Positions 1 to 12,702 of a DNA stretch of 64,000 nt are shown in pieces. The notes under the pieces were generated by a model. That model did no database searches and was not told the DNA's origin. It worked only from the letters and a program-made list of their open reading frames with translations. Positions within the stretch are counted from its first letter, which is position 1. The number at the start of each line of letters is the position of its first letter. Both the position numbers and the translations under genes were made by a program. The stretch lies in contig OZ024743.1 of assembly GCA_964016885.1 (NCBI GenBank), positions 4,650,001 through 4,714,000 on the forward strand, given 5' to 3'. Origin of the DNA: Eledone cirrhosa. Its lineage: Eukaryota.

Positions 1-1060
1 TCTTTATCAAGCTGATATCAGTTCTACTTTACATTTAGCCATTGATTTTTCTATAAGGCTCTTAGTGTTGTCTGATACATTAAAAATATCCAAAGAGTGA
101 AGAATCCAAGAATGTGGCACCACGTCATATGCCTTCTTGTAGTCAATCCAAGCAAGAGACAGATTGGGGGGCCTCTTTATGCAGTTCTTCAGTACCAGTT
201 TACCAATCATCAGTTTGTCTTCCTTTTCTCGGCTATTAAGTCTACATCCCTTCTGCTCATCATGTGAGCAGATTTTCTCTCTGCAAGTTTGTATACATTT
301 CTTCAGCTAATATTCCTGATTGGAACTTCCACAACAAAGGAAGACATGTAAAAGGTCTGAAATCTGAAACTTCGTTCCCCTTACTCTCATCCTTTAGTAT
401 CAAACATGTGAGTTCTTTTGTCGTCCACATTGGTGTTTCTCCAGAACGTAACACTTCACCTGTGTAGTTATTACTTCATGTAGGTTGTTGAAGTTTTTTA
501 ACCAGTGTCATTTACATGATCTGGCCTACTTTCTTTCCAGTTTAGCATCTTCTGCAACTGGGTTTTCACCATCTCTTTTATTATTTCGATGTTTCCCAGC
601 TTTCTTTATCCAACCTGCCTTATCATTGTGTTGAACAGATTTGCTCCAGATGTTATACCGAAAAGCAATGCTTTCTTCTGATTCTGGTCTTACATCATTG
701 TTCCTTTCAATTCCTTCCAGTTTCTCAAACAATCTTTTTGGGGTTATTTCTTTCTTCGTAGTTCTTTAGTTTTGCAGTCTTTGCTTTTATTTGTTATTTC
801 ACCTCCTCCACCATGCATTAATTCACTTATTCTTCACATGATATTGTCTTTCCACTACTCCTTTTTTCCATTAGTTCTCCCATTTTTCATTCCTCCAATT
901 TGCTTAGATCCTTTCTCAATTTTGTAACACTGTCCTGAATCCTTCTCTTCCTCCGTGGCTTCCTGTTAGTCTCTTTTCGTTTTTTCAATTCCCAACAAGC
1001 CAGCTATAACATTTGCCCCAGCAAGTATTAAAAGATTTGTATCACTAATGTTTTCCGTTT
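1..1060 (-). mobile_element. Degraded non-LTR retrotransposon RT fragment, R4/Dong-like (RLE clade)
   Basis: Broken ORFs give LILKDESKGNEVSDFRPFTCLPLLWKFQSGILAEEMY and LSLAWIDYKKAYDVVPHSWIL, RT motifs typical of R4/Dong-type elements. Multiple frameshifts; runs off the window edge. Confidence 0.75.
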
Positions 1061-1678
1061 GTATTGCGCTTATGACTTCGTTGACAAGCTTCTTCCTATG
1101 TGCATTCATAAAGCGCTAAAGTCACGAGGATCACAGCTATTATGTGTTTTTACTTCTGTAACCCATCATAAGCAACACGGTTTCTGCTGCTACCTAATTT
1201 CTTATGTAGCCACAAGGTTTCATATTTATAAAAGTGAATCAAAATCACTATATTAATAGCTGTAAGTAAAATAAAATAGATATGATAAAGTTGGACTTAC
1301 TAAATGACCTACATTATTTGGTGCTTGTCAAAGGATCACCAATAGTTTGGCAAGTGAACTCGAAAACCTTCGTTTCTAAAAACTCTCATACCTGAATAAA
1401 ATTTAAATTTAATGAAGTATTTTATGAAAGGGTGCTTCGGTTTTTTACTCTTTATTTTATATTATGGTCTTATATATATATAGAATGACGTTTACAAAGT
1501 TAAATATAGGTAGATTCCTAGTAAAGCTACCTAAAATAAGCTTGTTTTACTGTTAATCTCGCCATTTCCTATATATCAGTGACAAATAACTTTCTGTATA
1601 TAAGAAGAAATCGCCAAAAAGCTTTCTGGCGATTTCATCACCGAATTGAAACAGAACTAGTCTTGTAAATGGCACTTC

Positions 1679-1740
<62 letters not shown>

Positions 1741-3199
1741 ATCAACAGTATGATTTTATGGTATTTGAACTTAGGTTTGTAAGTCTTCTTGAACAGATTT
1801 CTTGAATACTATTTGGGTAAAAACAAACATTTAAATTCACAAATTGATTTAAAGGTACTTGATATTTCCTTCTCCACCAGATAATCACGTAGCTGGCTTA
1901 TGGTAATAGATTAATCTATTAATGAGAAGATAATATACTAACGTAAACATATCTGCTGTGATAAACAAAGATTGCATATGAAAATTAATCAGTTTAGTTA
2001 GATATGTTATCTTTCAGAGAACGAACAGAAAACAGCCAAAATATTATTATCATTATCATGGTTATTATTATCCTTATTATTAGTAGTATTATTAGCTGTC
2101 GTCATTGATGTTGGTGGTGATGTTGTCATTTCCATTATTATCATTATTATTATTTGCTGAGATGATTTATGATGTTGCTGTTGTTGTTGTTGTTGTTGTC
2201 ATTGTGTTGTTAATACGATACGTCCTACTAAAGCTGGTTGTCTTTTGTTAATAATGGTTTTTGGAGACAATAATACGTCACCACCCCCACTTTCCTCTCT
2301 CCGGAAAGTCGAGTGTTTGACAACAAAAGGGAACGAGTGATGCACGAGAGATAAGAACAACGACTTGGGATCGGACGAGGAAAGAAGAAAGAAAGATTTT
2401 TTTAACTAATACAAGAGGGGTGGGGTGAACATTAGTCTTCATCGGAACGATCCTATTAATTGCCATCCTAATTTCATTAAGGTCCTATAGTTTATAGTGG
2501 CATCAATGTGCGATGCACAGAGCATACGGCATCTGGATCAACGTCTAAAGGGACTAGAGAGAAAAGTGAGATTTGGGGGAAGACAGAGGGAATTTGTTGT
2601 TGTCATTAGCTTTGCCTACACAATAATAATAATGATGATGATGATGATACTGATGATGATAATAATACAGAAAAAAGAATAAAGGGAAACGTAATAGGAT
2701 TGAAAATGTGATTGACGATTTTGGTGGGAGTTTATGGGAGAAGGAAAGGCATGAAAATATAGAGGAGGGATAATATAAGGGACTTGGTGAAATAGCCCAT
2801 GGGAAATGAAAATGGTGTATACACATAAAAAGAGAAATGGTTGTCTCCACAGGCACGTGTCCACCAATCTGTCGTTCCAGGATGGTGATGAGTAAAATTG
2901 AAAGGCTAGCTAGCATATAATGTTCCAGCTTATATTGGATGAAGTATATGTCGATGAAACAGCATACCGAGAAGGGGGTAAGTGAATTGGCCAACGAGTG
3001 AGTGATTGAGTGACACGTACTATAACTATGAGGATTGTCATGTATGTACATATACATACATAGATACATACACACATACATGTACACAGACACACACACA
3101 CACACACGCATATATATATATATATAGTAAGAGAGAGAGAAAGGAAGAAACCAAATATATATAAAGAGAGAGAGAGACTAAATATATATAAAGAGAGAG

Positions 3200-3352
<153 letters not shown>

Positions 3353-3628
3353 AGAGATATAGAGAGATGTATGGAGTGCTAGAGGGAAAGAATGGCGAGA
3401 GTGTGTGAATAAGTATATAGGAGGAAGAAAGTATTGATTTGTTAAGGAATGAGCTCTGAATTAAGAAAATGGACGAATACTCTCATACTATAGGGCGATT
3501 GCATTTCTTAGTATATATGTGTACATGTGCATTTAGTATAATTATATGTATATATATATATATGTGTGTGTGTATTTATATATGGGTGTATGTGTAAGTG
3601 TATCTATATATATATATGTGTGTGTGTG

Positions 3629-3695
<67 letters not shown>

Positions 3696-4324
3696 TTGTG
3701 TGTGTATGTATGTATATATGTATCTATGTGTGTTTGTATGTATTCTATCATATGTTTATTAATACCTATCATTGGGCTGCGAGCATGCTGGAGCAACACT
3801 GTCGAAGTTTCGTTGATGTTGCCTTTATATATATATATATGTTTTACACAGAATTCTTGAATTACAGCAATATGAATATAAATCACCTATTTTACTTTCC
3901 GCAATTATAAAATATGATATTATAAAATATTAGTTATGAATTATAAAATATTACTTATGAAAATATTGTAAAAGATGTTTGTGAAATATTTGTTGAAGTC
4001 GGGAGATTTTAGTGTAAATACAGCAAAACACGCAATGTTACCGCCAGAGTTATCTCCCTTAGACTATCTTTAAGCGTAATGCAAGAGAACAATCACCCAT
4101 ATATTTCTATGCTATTTGTATGCATGCATATATGTGTTCTTTTAATATTTTATTCTTTTATTAGTTGTAGGTCTACGGCCATGATGGAGCACAGTATTTA
4201 AGTAAATCATATAAACCTCAGTATTTATATGCTAAAGTCCGGAACTTATTTCATCGTCCTCTATTTATCGAACCGCTAATTTTCGGGATGTCAGCAAACA
4301 CTAAACGTAAACACACACACACAC

Positions 4325-4389
<65 letters not shown>

Positions 4390-4859
4390 CGCGCGCGCGC
4401 TTGCACACACACACAAACCCACATACACATACACACAAGTACACAGATACACATATATTTACACGCTCACACACACAGGTTTCTTCTGCTACTTGAGAAT
4501 AAAATGTTAATTGGCGGTAAACAACGATATTATTTTTTTTTAAATTGTAGAATTTAGAACCTATGTTTCTAGGTACATATTAAAGACTATTGAATGAAAC
4601 TGGCTTCAGTGTCAATAATGGCTTCAGTGTGGCCTCAGAAACGACTACATGCGTTGACTAGGTGATTCTTATTCAAATATAACGTCCCGGGTGACAGACT
4701 TGCTTTCATATGGACCCCTAACTGGAGCACTCATCGTCGTAACCGATGGAGTGCCAGGTACGATATAAGAAGCATTTATCAGACATGTATATTCATAAGG
4801 TGATTCTCAGGAAGATTCAACATGACACAACATGTGACAAAACTATCCTTTCGAATTAA

Positions 4860-5010
4860 CGAATTAAAGGTGCAGCTCAGTTTTGCCAGCTGAGTGGAGT
4901 GGGGCAATGTAAAATAAAGTGTCTTGCTCAAGGACATAACACGCCGCTGTGAATCCAACTTACGACCTTACGATCGAGAGCGGAATATCCTAACCATTAA
5001 GCCACACGCC
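4860..5010 (-). mobile_element. tRNA-derived SINE fragment (second SINE family; similar copy at about 57845-57965)
   Basis: Shared AAATAAAGTGTCTTGCTCAA(G/A)GACATAAC...ACGAT(C/T)G(A/C)GA...CCAC(A/G)CGC at both loci, with a tRNA-like head on the minus strand. Confidence 0.6.
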
Positions 5011-5159
5011 ATTGCACAAACACACACACGTAGTAGGATTCTAAGCTATAGTTTCCCAATTTTTTTACATACTGAAAATCTGAGTTTACAGGAGTTGGCT
5101 AAAGTCATCCTTGCTATATTACCTACCTTTTCACAAATGAACTAGACGGGGGCAGCACT

Positions 5160-5792
5160 TTCCTCGCCGCTTTCACTTTTTTTTTTTTTTTTTCGAAATG
5201 GAATTTGAAAGAGTCGACGAGGTATTGGCCTAAAGGAACGTGTCTGCCTTTAGTCCATTCAGTCACATCTACCACACAACGTCTTTCGTCATAGCCACCA
5301 GACAGAAGAAAGCTGAGAGGCCTTTCCGACCAAAGGAAGGCGGCTATCTTCACAAAGGGGTTGGCCGGTAGCCAAATCCGTGCTACACCTAACAGCAGCT
5401 GTTCGACAAAACTCCACAAGTCAAATACACCTGGACACTTGGTGAATGCGTGCAGAACGGTGTCATCATTTTGTGCACATCCCGATCAGCTCCGTCTGAC
5501 AGTATTTTCGAACCGGCAGTGACCCTCGGTAATACCGCTATGCCAGGGATTTCTGGAAATTATCCATGGGCCGCGGAACGAAAGTCCTCCGGAACAGGCT
5601 GGCTAGCTCGTTCTCGTTAACTCCCAGAATTTCTCTGAGAACGTCGTCATACTTGCCTGCCACTAGTTCTCTATAGAACGCTAGCGTGGAAATTCCACTA
5701 AGCCCATTGTTCATTTGGTAGAGAGTTGTGAGCGTCTGACAACATTCCTGATACCATAATAATGATTTCTGATTGAGGCACAATGCCAACAA
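5160..5792 (-). pseudogene. L1/Tx1-like LINE 3' remnant (zf-RVT region)
   Basis: Minus-strand fragments LAFYRELVAGKYDD...MDNFQKSLA, then CAQNDDTVLHAFTKCPGVFDLWSFVEQLL, resembling the C-terminal CCHC-like zf-RVT of L1/Tx1 ORF2. Confidence 0.6.
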
Positions 5793-6276
5793 TTTGAGAA
5801 GAGGGGAAAGTCGATCAAACCCCCCTCCCCCCGCAGTGCATTATTGGTGCTTTATTTTATCGACCCCGTGAGGATGAAAGGCACAGCTACCCTCGGTGGA
5901 ATTTTAACTCAGATAGTAACGGGCCGTAATCCTGACACTATAATAATTGAATTCGCTAACCATTTAAAATCACGCCAATCCGCATTTCCCTCACAGAAAT
6001 TCATCTTTCATTCTCATTCTTATTTCATTTCTGAAATTCATTAAATCCAAGCTTTAGAATAGTCAAATAATAATTGCCGAATTCTGTCAACGGAGAATCT
6101 AATTGAATTAATCAAACCCCAAAAATCTCATGTATTTTGTCGAAATTTTCCTTTTTTCAAATTACCTCTTATCTCTCTATCTCTCTTCCCTTCCCTTCCG
6201 TCTCATCCATTCACTCTCTCTTTCTTCTTTTCCTCTCTCTCTCTTACATCTCCCTATGTATCTCTAGCTGCCTCTG

Positions 6277-6337
<61 letters not shown>

Positions 6338-6634
6338 ACATCAGCATCTTTATTAATGTTATTATTATTATATATATATATGTGTGTGCGTGCGTGTGCG
6401 TATGTGTTGTATATGTGTGTGTATGTGTGTATACATACACACACAAAATACACACACACATACTGATCCTACTTTGATTCTCTTTCACTTTCACAATGAT
6501 TTATTATTCTTCAAGCATGTGTTTGTGTTTGCGTTTGTGTAGTGTGCGTACATATATATATATATACATACATATATATATATATAAATATATATGTATA
6601 TATATATGTATACATACATATATATATATATATA

Positions 6635-6684
<50 letters not shown>

Positions 6685-6785
6685 TGTGAATCTCAATTTC
6701 TTTTCTTTCTTTTTTTCAAGTGAAACTAAAATTTGTCTCCGCTAAAGTTTCTTTCTTTCATTAGAACCTCCTCCTCCTCCTCCTC

Positions 6786-6857
<72 letters not shown>

Positions 6858-6979
6858 TACTACATTTTCAATCTTGTCCTCTAAATCATTAAATGGAGAG
6901 GATTTGACAATATAGAAATGTTCAGAGGAAATGTAAATTAGCAAAAGAGTTCAAGAATAAAAAAACTATACACTGACAC

Positions 6980-7034
<55 letters not shown>

Positions 7035-7050
7035 ATGTATATATATATAT

Positions 7051-9165
7051 AATTGGGAGAAAGGCAGTCTCCCCCATATCGACCCAATAGAGGGACCAGC
7101 AGTGTTAGTCGAGGGGAGTATAATAAGTAAGGCAATCAAGGATATGAAGACGGGTAAAGCGGCTGGGCCTTCGGAAATAGTTGCTGAGATGCTGAAGGCA
7201 TCTGGCACGGTGGGACACACCATGGTCACCCGCATAGTTAACCAAGTCGTACAGAATGGGGTTGTTCCGAAGGACTGGCATAGCAGCATCATCGTTAACT
7301 GTTATAAGGGTAAAGGAGACGCCCTAGATAGGAGTAACTATAGAGGCATTAAATTAATCGACCAGGTCATGAAGGTCACGGAAAAAGTAATAGCGCAACT
7401 AATCAGAGAGAGAATTGATCTAGATGAAATGCAGTTCGGGTTTGTGTCAGGCAAAAGTACCACAGACGCTCTTTTCATAGTACGACAACTACAGGAGAAG
7501 TACCTAGCTAAAGGTAAACCCCTCTACTTAGCTTTTGTCGACTTGGAGAAAGCCTTCGACAGAGTCCCCCGCTCCATTATCTGGTGGGCTCTTAGAAAAC
7601 TAGGCGTTGACGAATGGCTTGTGAGGGCTATACAAGCCATGTATAAAGAAACAGTCAGCAAGGTTAGAATTAACAACGAATATAGTGAAGAGTTTAGCGT
7701 AAAAGTTGGCGTCCATCAGGGCTCTGTTCTCAGCCCACTACTATTTATTATTGCCCTTCAGGCTATAACAGAGGAGTTCAAGACAGGCTGCCCATGGGAA
7801 CTCCTATACGCAGACGACCTGACACTCATAGCGGAATCAATGGCCGAGCTAGAGAAGAAATTCCAAACATGGAAGCACGGCCTAGAGTCAAAAGGACTTA
7901 AAATTAACCTGGCTAAGACCAAAGTACTAGTTTGTAGGAAAGAAAACAAGGCGGCGGTCCCTTCTGGGAAATGGTCGTGCTCGGTGTGTAGGAAAGGCGT
8001 AGGTAGAAACTCCATTTTATGTCCTAAATGCAAAGTATGGGTGCATAAAAGATGTAGTGGGATCACAGGTAAGCTAACTAAGAACATAGATTTTACATGT
8101 GGCCGGTGCTCTGGTGCAATAAGTAGCAGCAAGTGCCCACAAACTACTAGCTCTTTCAATTGCGCAGAGGGTTCTATAGAAATAGTGGACAGTTTCCGTT
8201 ACCTGGGCGATAAAATCAGCAGTGGGGGAGGGTGCTCTGAAAGTACTGTAGCTAGAGTCAGAACTGGTTGGAAAAAGTTCAGAGAGCTTATACCACTATT
8301 AGCTGCTAAAGGGTTCTCACTAAAAATGAAAGGCAGGTTGTACGATGCCTGCATACGAACAGCAATGCTGCATGGCAGTGAGACCTGGGCATTGTGTGCA
8401 GAGGATATACGCAGACTAGAGAGGAACGAAGCTTGCATGCTCCGCTGGATGTGTAACAGTAATATACGTGAACGGCAAAGCATAAACGAACTAAGGAAAA
8501 AATTAGAGATAAGAGGGATCAGATGTTGTTTACTCGAGAGAAGGCTACGTTGGTATGGACACGTGATGCGCATGAAAGTCGATAGCTGTATAACAAAGTG
8601 CAGGGCAATAAAGATAGACGGTAGTCACGGAATAGGCAGACCTAGAAAAACCTGGGACGAGCTGATAAACTCCGACATCACACACTTACACCTCTCCAAG
8701 ACAATGTCACTGGACCGAGACCTTTGGCGGTACTCAGTAACAGAGAAGACCCGCCTTACCTAAATATATAGTAAAACCTACTCCAGCCAGTAGGCATCTC
8801 TAACAAAATACACCCCGTCCCACCACCACCACCCCCACCCGATCCACACCACCCCGTTCTATGTAAAGTTATGTTGGTGCCGCGCCATCGAGGCCGAAAC
8901 AAATGAGATCGTGTAGGTGTCACGACAAAAAAACACACAGTCCACGCTGTAATGTGGCCGTGTAGGCAACACGGTAAAAACCTCCCAGACCCACACTGTA
9001 AATGTGGTTGGTGTTAGGAAGGGCATCCAACTGTAGAAAACCTGCCAGACAGTCCTATGCGAGCAAGACAATCACTCTTGCCTCAAGTGGGACTACCCCC
9101 GTCCAAACCCATGCAAGCGTGGAACACGGACGTTAAACGTTGATGATGATGATGATGATGATGAT
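7051..9165 (+). mobile_element. 5'-truncated RTE-clade LINE with 3' UTR and (GAT)n tail
   Basis: Open RT ORF, 3' UTR containing GTTAGGAAGGGCATCCAACTGTAGAAAACC, and a terminus GGACGTTAAACGT followed by (TGA)n at 9141-9165. Confidence 0.9.
7102..8763 (+). CDS. RTE LINE reverse transcriptase (no endonuclease, truncated) with an internal PHD-type C4HC3 finger
   Basis: 553 aa uninterrupted. Motifs NYRGIKL, FVDLEKAFDRV, GVHQGSVLSPLLF, LLYADDL, FRYLG, RLRWYGHV; Cys/His insert at 7978-8109. Confidence 0.9.
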   Translation: MLVEGSIISKAIKDMKTGKAAGPSEIVAEMLKASGTVGHTMVTRIVNQVVQNGVVPKDWHSSIIVNCYKGKGDALDRSNYRGIKLIDQVMKVTEKVIAQLIRERIDLDEMQFGFVSGKSTTDALFIVRQLQEKYLAKGKPLYLAFVDLEKAFDRVPRSIIWWALRKLGVDEWLVRAIQAMYKETVSKVRINNEYSEEFSVKVGVHQGSVLSPLLFIIALQAITEEFKTGCPWELLYADDLTLIAESMAELEKKFQTWKHGLESKGLKINLAKTKVLVCRKENKAAVPSGKWSCSVCRKGVGRNSILCPKCKVWVHKRCSGITGKLTKNIDFTCGRCSGAISSSKCPQTTSSFNCAEGSIEIVDSFRYLGDKISSGGGCSESTVARVRTGWKKFRELIPLLAAKGFSLKMKGRLYDACIRTAMLHGSETWALCAEDIRRLERNEACMLRWMCNSNIRERQSINELRKKLEIRGIRCCLLERRLRWYGHVMRMKVDSCITKCRAIKIDGSHGIGRPRKTWDELINSDITHLHLSKTMSLDRDLWRYSVTEKTRLT

Positions 9166-9212
9166 ATATGTGTGTGTGTGTGTGTATATATATGTATGTG
9201 TATATATATATA

Positions 9213-9378
9213 GGAAAAAGTATGACCCCGACGGCAGAGCTCAAGCCGTTTCGACGGCTATTTCTGGACTGAGTCCAGAAATAGCCGTCGAAACGGCTTA
9301 AATACCGACTCTACTACCCTAATTATTGAGTACTCTGGTGCGTTATGGTCCATCTGGTTCCTTACCACAATTCCTTTG

Positions 9379-9380
<2 letters not shown>
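9213..9380 (+). mobile_element. Short hairpin-plus-tail element, family A, in (TA)n
   Basis: Palindrome AAGCCGTTTCGACGGCTATTTCTGGACT-G-AGTCCAGAAATAGCCGTCGAAACGGCTT, then a tail homologous to the copies at 17300 and 41659; (TA)n on both sides. Confidence 0.8.
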
Positions 9381-9462
<82 letters not shown>

Positions 9463-10498
9463 GTTAGACATATTGAAAGGAATATCGACAGAAAGAAGGA
9501 CCGAAATATAATGAAATACAGGAAGACTGAAATGTAGATGAAGAGAAAGAAGAAAGTTAGAAAGATTGAAATGAAGAGTGAACTTTATTATTGCGATTAC
9601 AATCAAAAAAAGATGGCTGATATTCAAGGAGCTAGCGTTAGACTTAATGGAACAATTGGAAATATTGCATTAAAATACTTTTTATTTGTGTTGCCAGTTG
9701 GCATGTCATCAATGATTTTTGTCTTTGCATTGAAGCAGTGATGAACTTCTTTTGACGAGGGTTTTGTCATCAAGATCATTTTCTCTATTTAGCAGACGAC
9801 AGTTCTTTCGTTTAACAGACGACACAATAACACGATAGCGGTCATCACAGGGTTGGCAGTGTCCAGAATGAAACGAAAGACATTTGACAGATTAAAGAAA
9901 TGGAAGGCTTGCCTGTAGCATAGTGGTAATAGTGATAGTCATAACCGGTGATGGGGTTCAGTTAAAAATGATGTGTAGGTGGTGGTGGTGTGGTGGCAGT
10001 GGTGATGGCGATAGCGGTGAGGGGTGGTGATAGAGGATGAGATGGTGATAATTTAATGGAGATATTGTAGAGGACATGGCGTAAGTCACGGGAATAATAA
10101 AAGTGATAGTGGTGGTGTTAATATTCAGCTTACTGGTAGTTGTGGTAGTAGTAAGTTTAGTGGTGAGAGTATTGCTAATTGTAGTCGTGGTGATGGTGAA
10201 AGTGATTCTGTGGCGATATTGAAGATGGTGATGCAAGTGAAATTATGTGAGATGATCTGGATAGTAGTAAGTGTGGTGGTAGTGATGGCGTTGGTTGAAA
10301 CCATAGCAGTAAAGTAATTTACATAATGATCGTAGTTGAGGTAGTGGTGGTAGTAGGGTGGGTGTGTTGAGAGTGTGGGTAGTGAAAATAGTGAGGGGGG
10401 GGGGGGGGTAGTAGTAGGCTGGGTGTGTTGAGGGTATGGGTAGTGAAAATAGTGGTGGTGGTGGTGTGGTGGGAGTAGGTTGGGTGCGTTGAGAGTGT

Positions 10499-10698
10499 NN
10501 NNNNNNNNNNNNNNNNNNNNNNNNNNNNNNNNNNNNNNNNNNNNNNNNNNNNNNNNNNNNNNNNNNNNNNNNNNNNNNNNNNNNNNNNNNNNNNNNNNNN
10601 NNNNNNNNNNNNNNNNNNNNNNNNNNNNNNNNNNNNNNNNNNNNNNNNNNNNNNNNNNNNNNNNNNNNNNNNNNNNNNNNNNNNNNNNNNNNNNNNNN
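10499..10698. other. Assembly gap (200 N)
   Basis: Run of N. Confidence 1.
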
Positions 10699-12330
10699 GG
10701 CTTACAGATAGATCTCTCAAAGTCATTGAAGATGGGGGGTTAGTTGCTTCCTGTTGTGGATCCTGGACTCGGTGATGGCTATTACATCTATACCCTGTGA
10801 CCTAAGGTCGTTTTAAAAGTTGGCCCTGTTTTCAGGGCATCCCTAGGCCATGCACATTCACGCTTTCAACTCGTAAGTCAGCCATGTTGGTGGAGAAGAG
10901 TTGGCGGAAAAGGACAAAAAGGTGCACTTAGCTTTTCGTTTCTTGGAGATCGGGTTGTTCAATCTCCATTTCAGTTCTTGTGGGTATGTTGAGTGGGGTG
11001 GGGGAAACATTTCAACAGGACACGGTTTATTGGTTTTCGGCAGGGGTTGCCAACGTCCTGTGAAAACTTCTTTCAATTTCTGATAGGTTTCTATCGAAAC
11101 CCTTATTAGTTTTAGGTGTGGTTGAGAGTCCTGCGTTTACAAAAGTTTTCCTCTCAGTTTCTACTTTGGGTTCTTGGGAGATGACCTCCATTAGGTTTTT
11201 GTTGTTTGTGTTAATGTATGTGTATTTTTTTTTGTGTTGTTTTTGGTTTGTTGTTCATTTTGTAGTTTCCTTTTTATGGTGGGCATTTGTGTTTGGGGGT
11301 GGTGTTGGTGTTTGTTTTGGTGGGGGGGAGGGGGGGGATTGTGGTGGTATTTGTGTTGTTGTTTGTGTTGGTGGTTGTGTTCGTGTTGGTGATTGTTGTT
11401 TTTGTGGCTTTGTGGTGTCTCTTTTTTTCTTTTTTTGATTTACGAGGCTCTCCTTCATCTTCACTTGGGGATGAAGAAGTAGCCTCGTCGTCTGGTGATG
11501 AATCGTCATCAGGGGGCGTGTGGGAGGGGTATGTTGTGTGGTGATGGTTGTGTTTGTGTGTGTGATTGTGGTAGTGTTGGATGGAATTGGACGGAGTTGG
11601 ATGGGGTTGGACTGTGTTTTTCAGGGGAATTGTTTGTTGTTTGTGGTTGAACACTTGTTGTTTTTGTGTGTTTGCTTGTTTTGTGTGTTGTTGTTGTTGT
11701 GGTTTTGGAGTTGCTGTTGGTAAAAGTACTTGGGGGGGGGGGGGTCGTAAGAGGGGACAGGAGGCCTTTAAATGCGATTTACTTGCGCATTTAAAAACAA
11801 TCTGGCCCTCCCACCTTCTGCCGAAATCTGTATATAGTTTGTATTGTCTACTGGCACCCTTTCTTGGAAATTCTGTCCGGTTTCATTTGGATCAAATTTT
11901 CCAAGTTTGTGCCGTTCCAGGTGGATTTTTGTGGATTTTTGAATCGACAGATGGTGGTATATTGATGATGTTTATTCTTTGTGTTCTTTTTTCCCCATGT
12001 ATATAGGGGGGAAAAAGGTGTGCGTGGCAGAGGTAACCGGGGTCACTGAGTATTTTTTCGCAAGGGGCCTCACTTTTGAAGAGCACCGAAATGCTTCCAT
12101 ATTATTTAGCCCTTTGTATGTATTGTATTTCTGGCATTGCCTCTTTCAAGAGGCAATCAATTTCGCCTTGAGTAGGGAAAGCCGGTTTTTGTTTTGTTTG
12201 TTCAAAATCGTGCGAAAAATCACAGTCCTTCGCATAGTGTCGGCTTTGATTTGTGGATAGATAGTGAAAGAGGAGTGTTTGTTTGTGAGATAAAGAAAGA
12301 GGGGGAGATAGAGTGGGTGAGACGGAGAGA
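10699..12330 (-). pseudogene. Degraded gag-like ORF1 of a non-LTR element (Tx1/L1-like) with a zinc knuckle
   Basis: LFPPYIHGEKRTQRINIINIPPSVD, then CFKCASKSHLKASCP (CX2CX4HX4C, about 11755-11800, needs a 1-nt frameshift correction), followed by a Thr/Pro/acidic low-complexity region. Confidence 0.55.
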
Positions 12331-12586
12331 TAGCTGCGGTTAAAACTTATTTATTTAAAACGAAATAAAAGACATTAAGAAAAACTGTAAAGTTGAAAAT
12401 ATATAGATTTGTATGATGATGATGATGATGATGATGATGTTGGTGGTGGTGGTGGTGGTGGTGGTGTATAACATCAAAAAGAAGAGCAAAAGTTTCAGTG
12501 TAGCAGTAACGACTTTAATCCCTTCTGATGTCAACTAAAAATTGTTTTTTGCATCTTAATCTGTTTTTAAACACACACACACACAC

Positions 12587-12627
<41 letters not shown>

Positions 12628-12628
12628 A

Positions 12629-12702
<74 letters not shown>

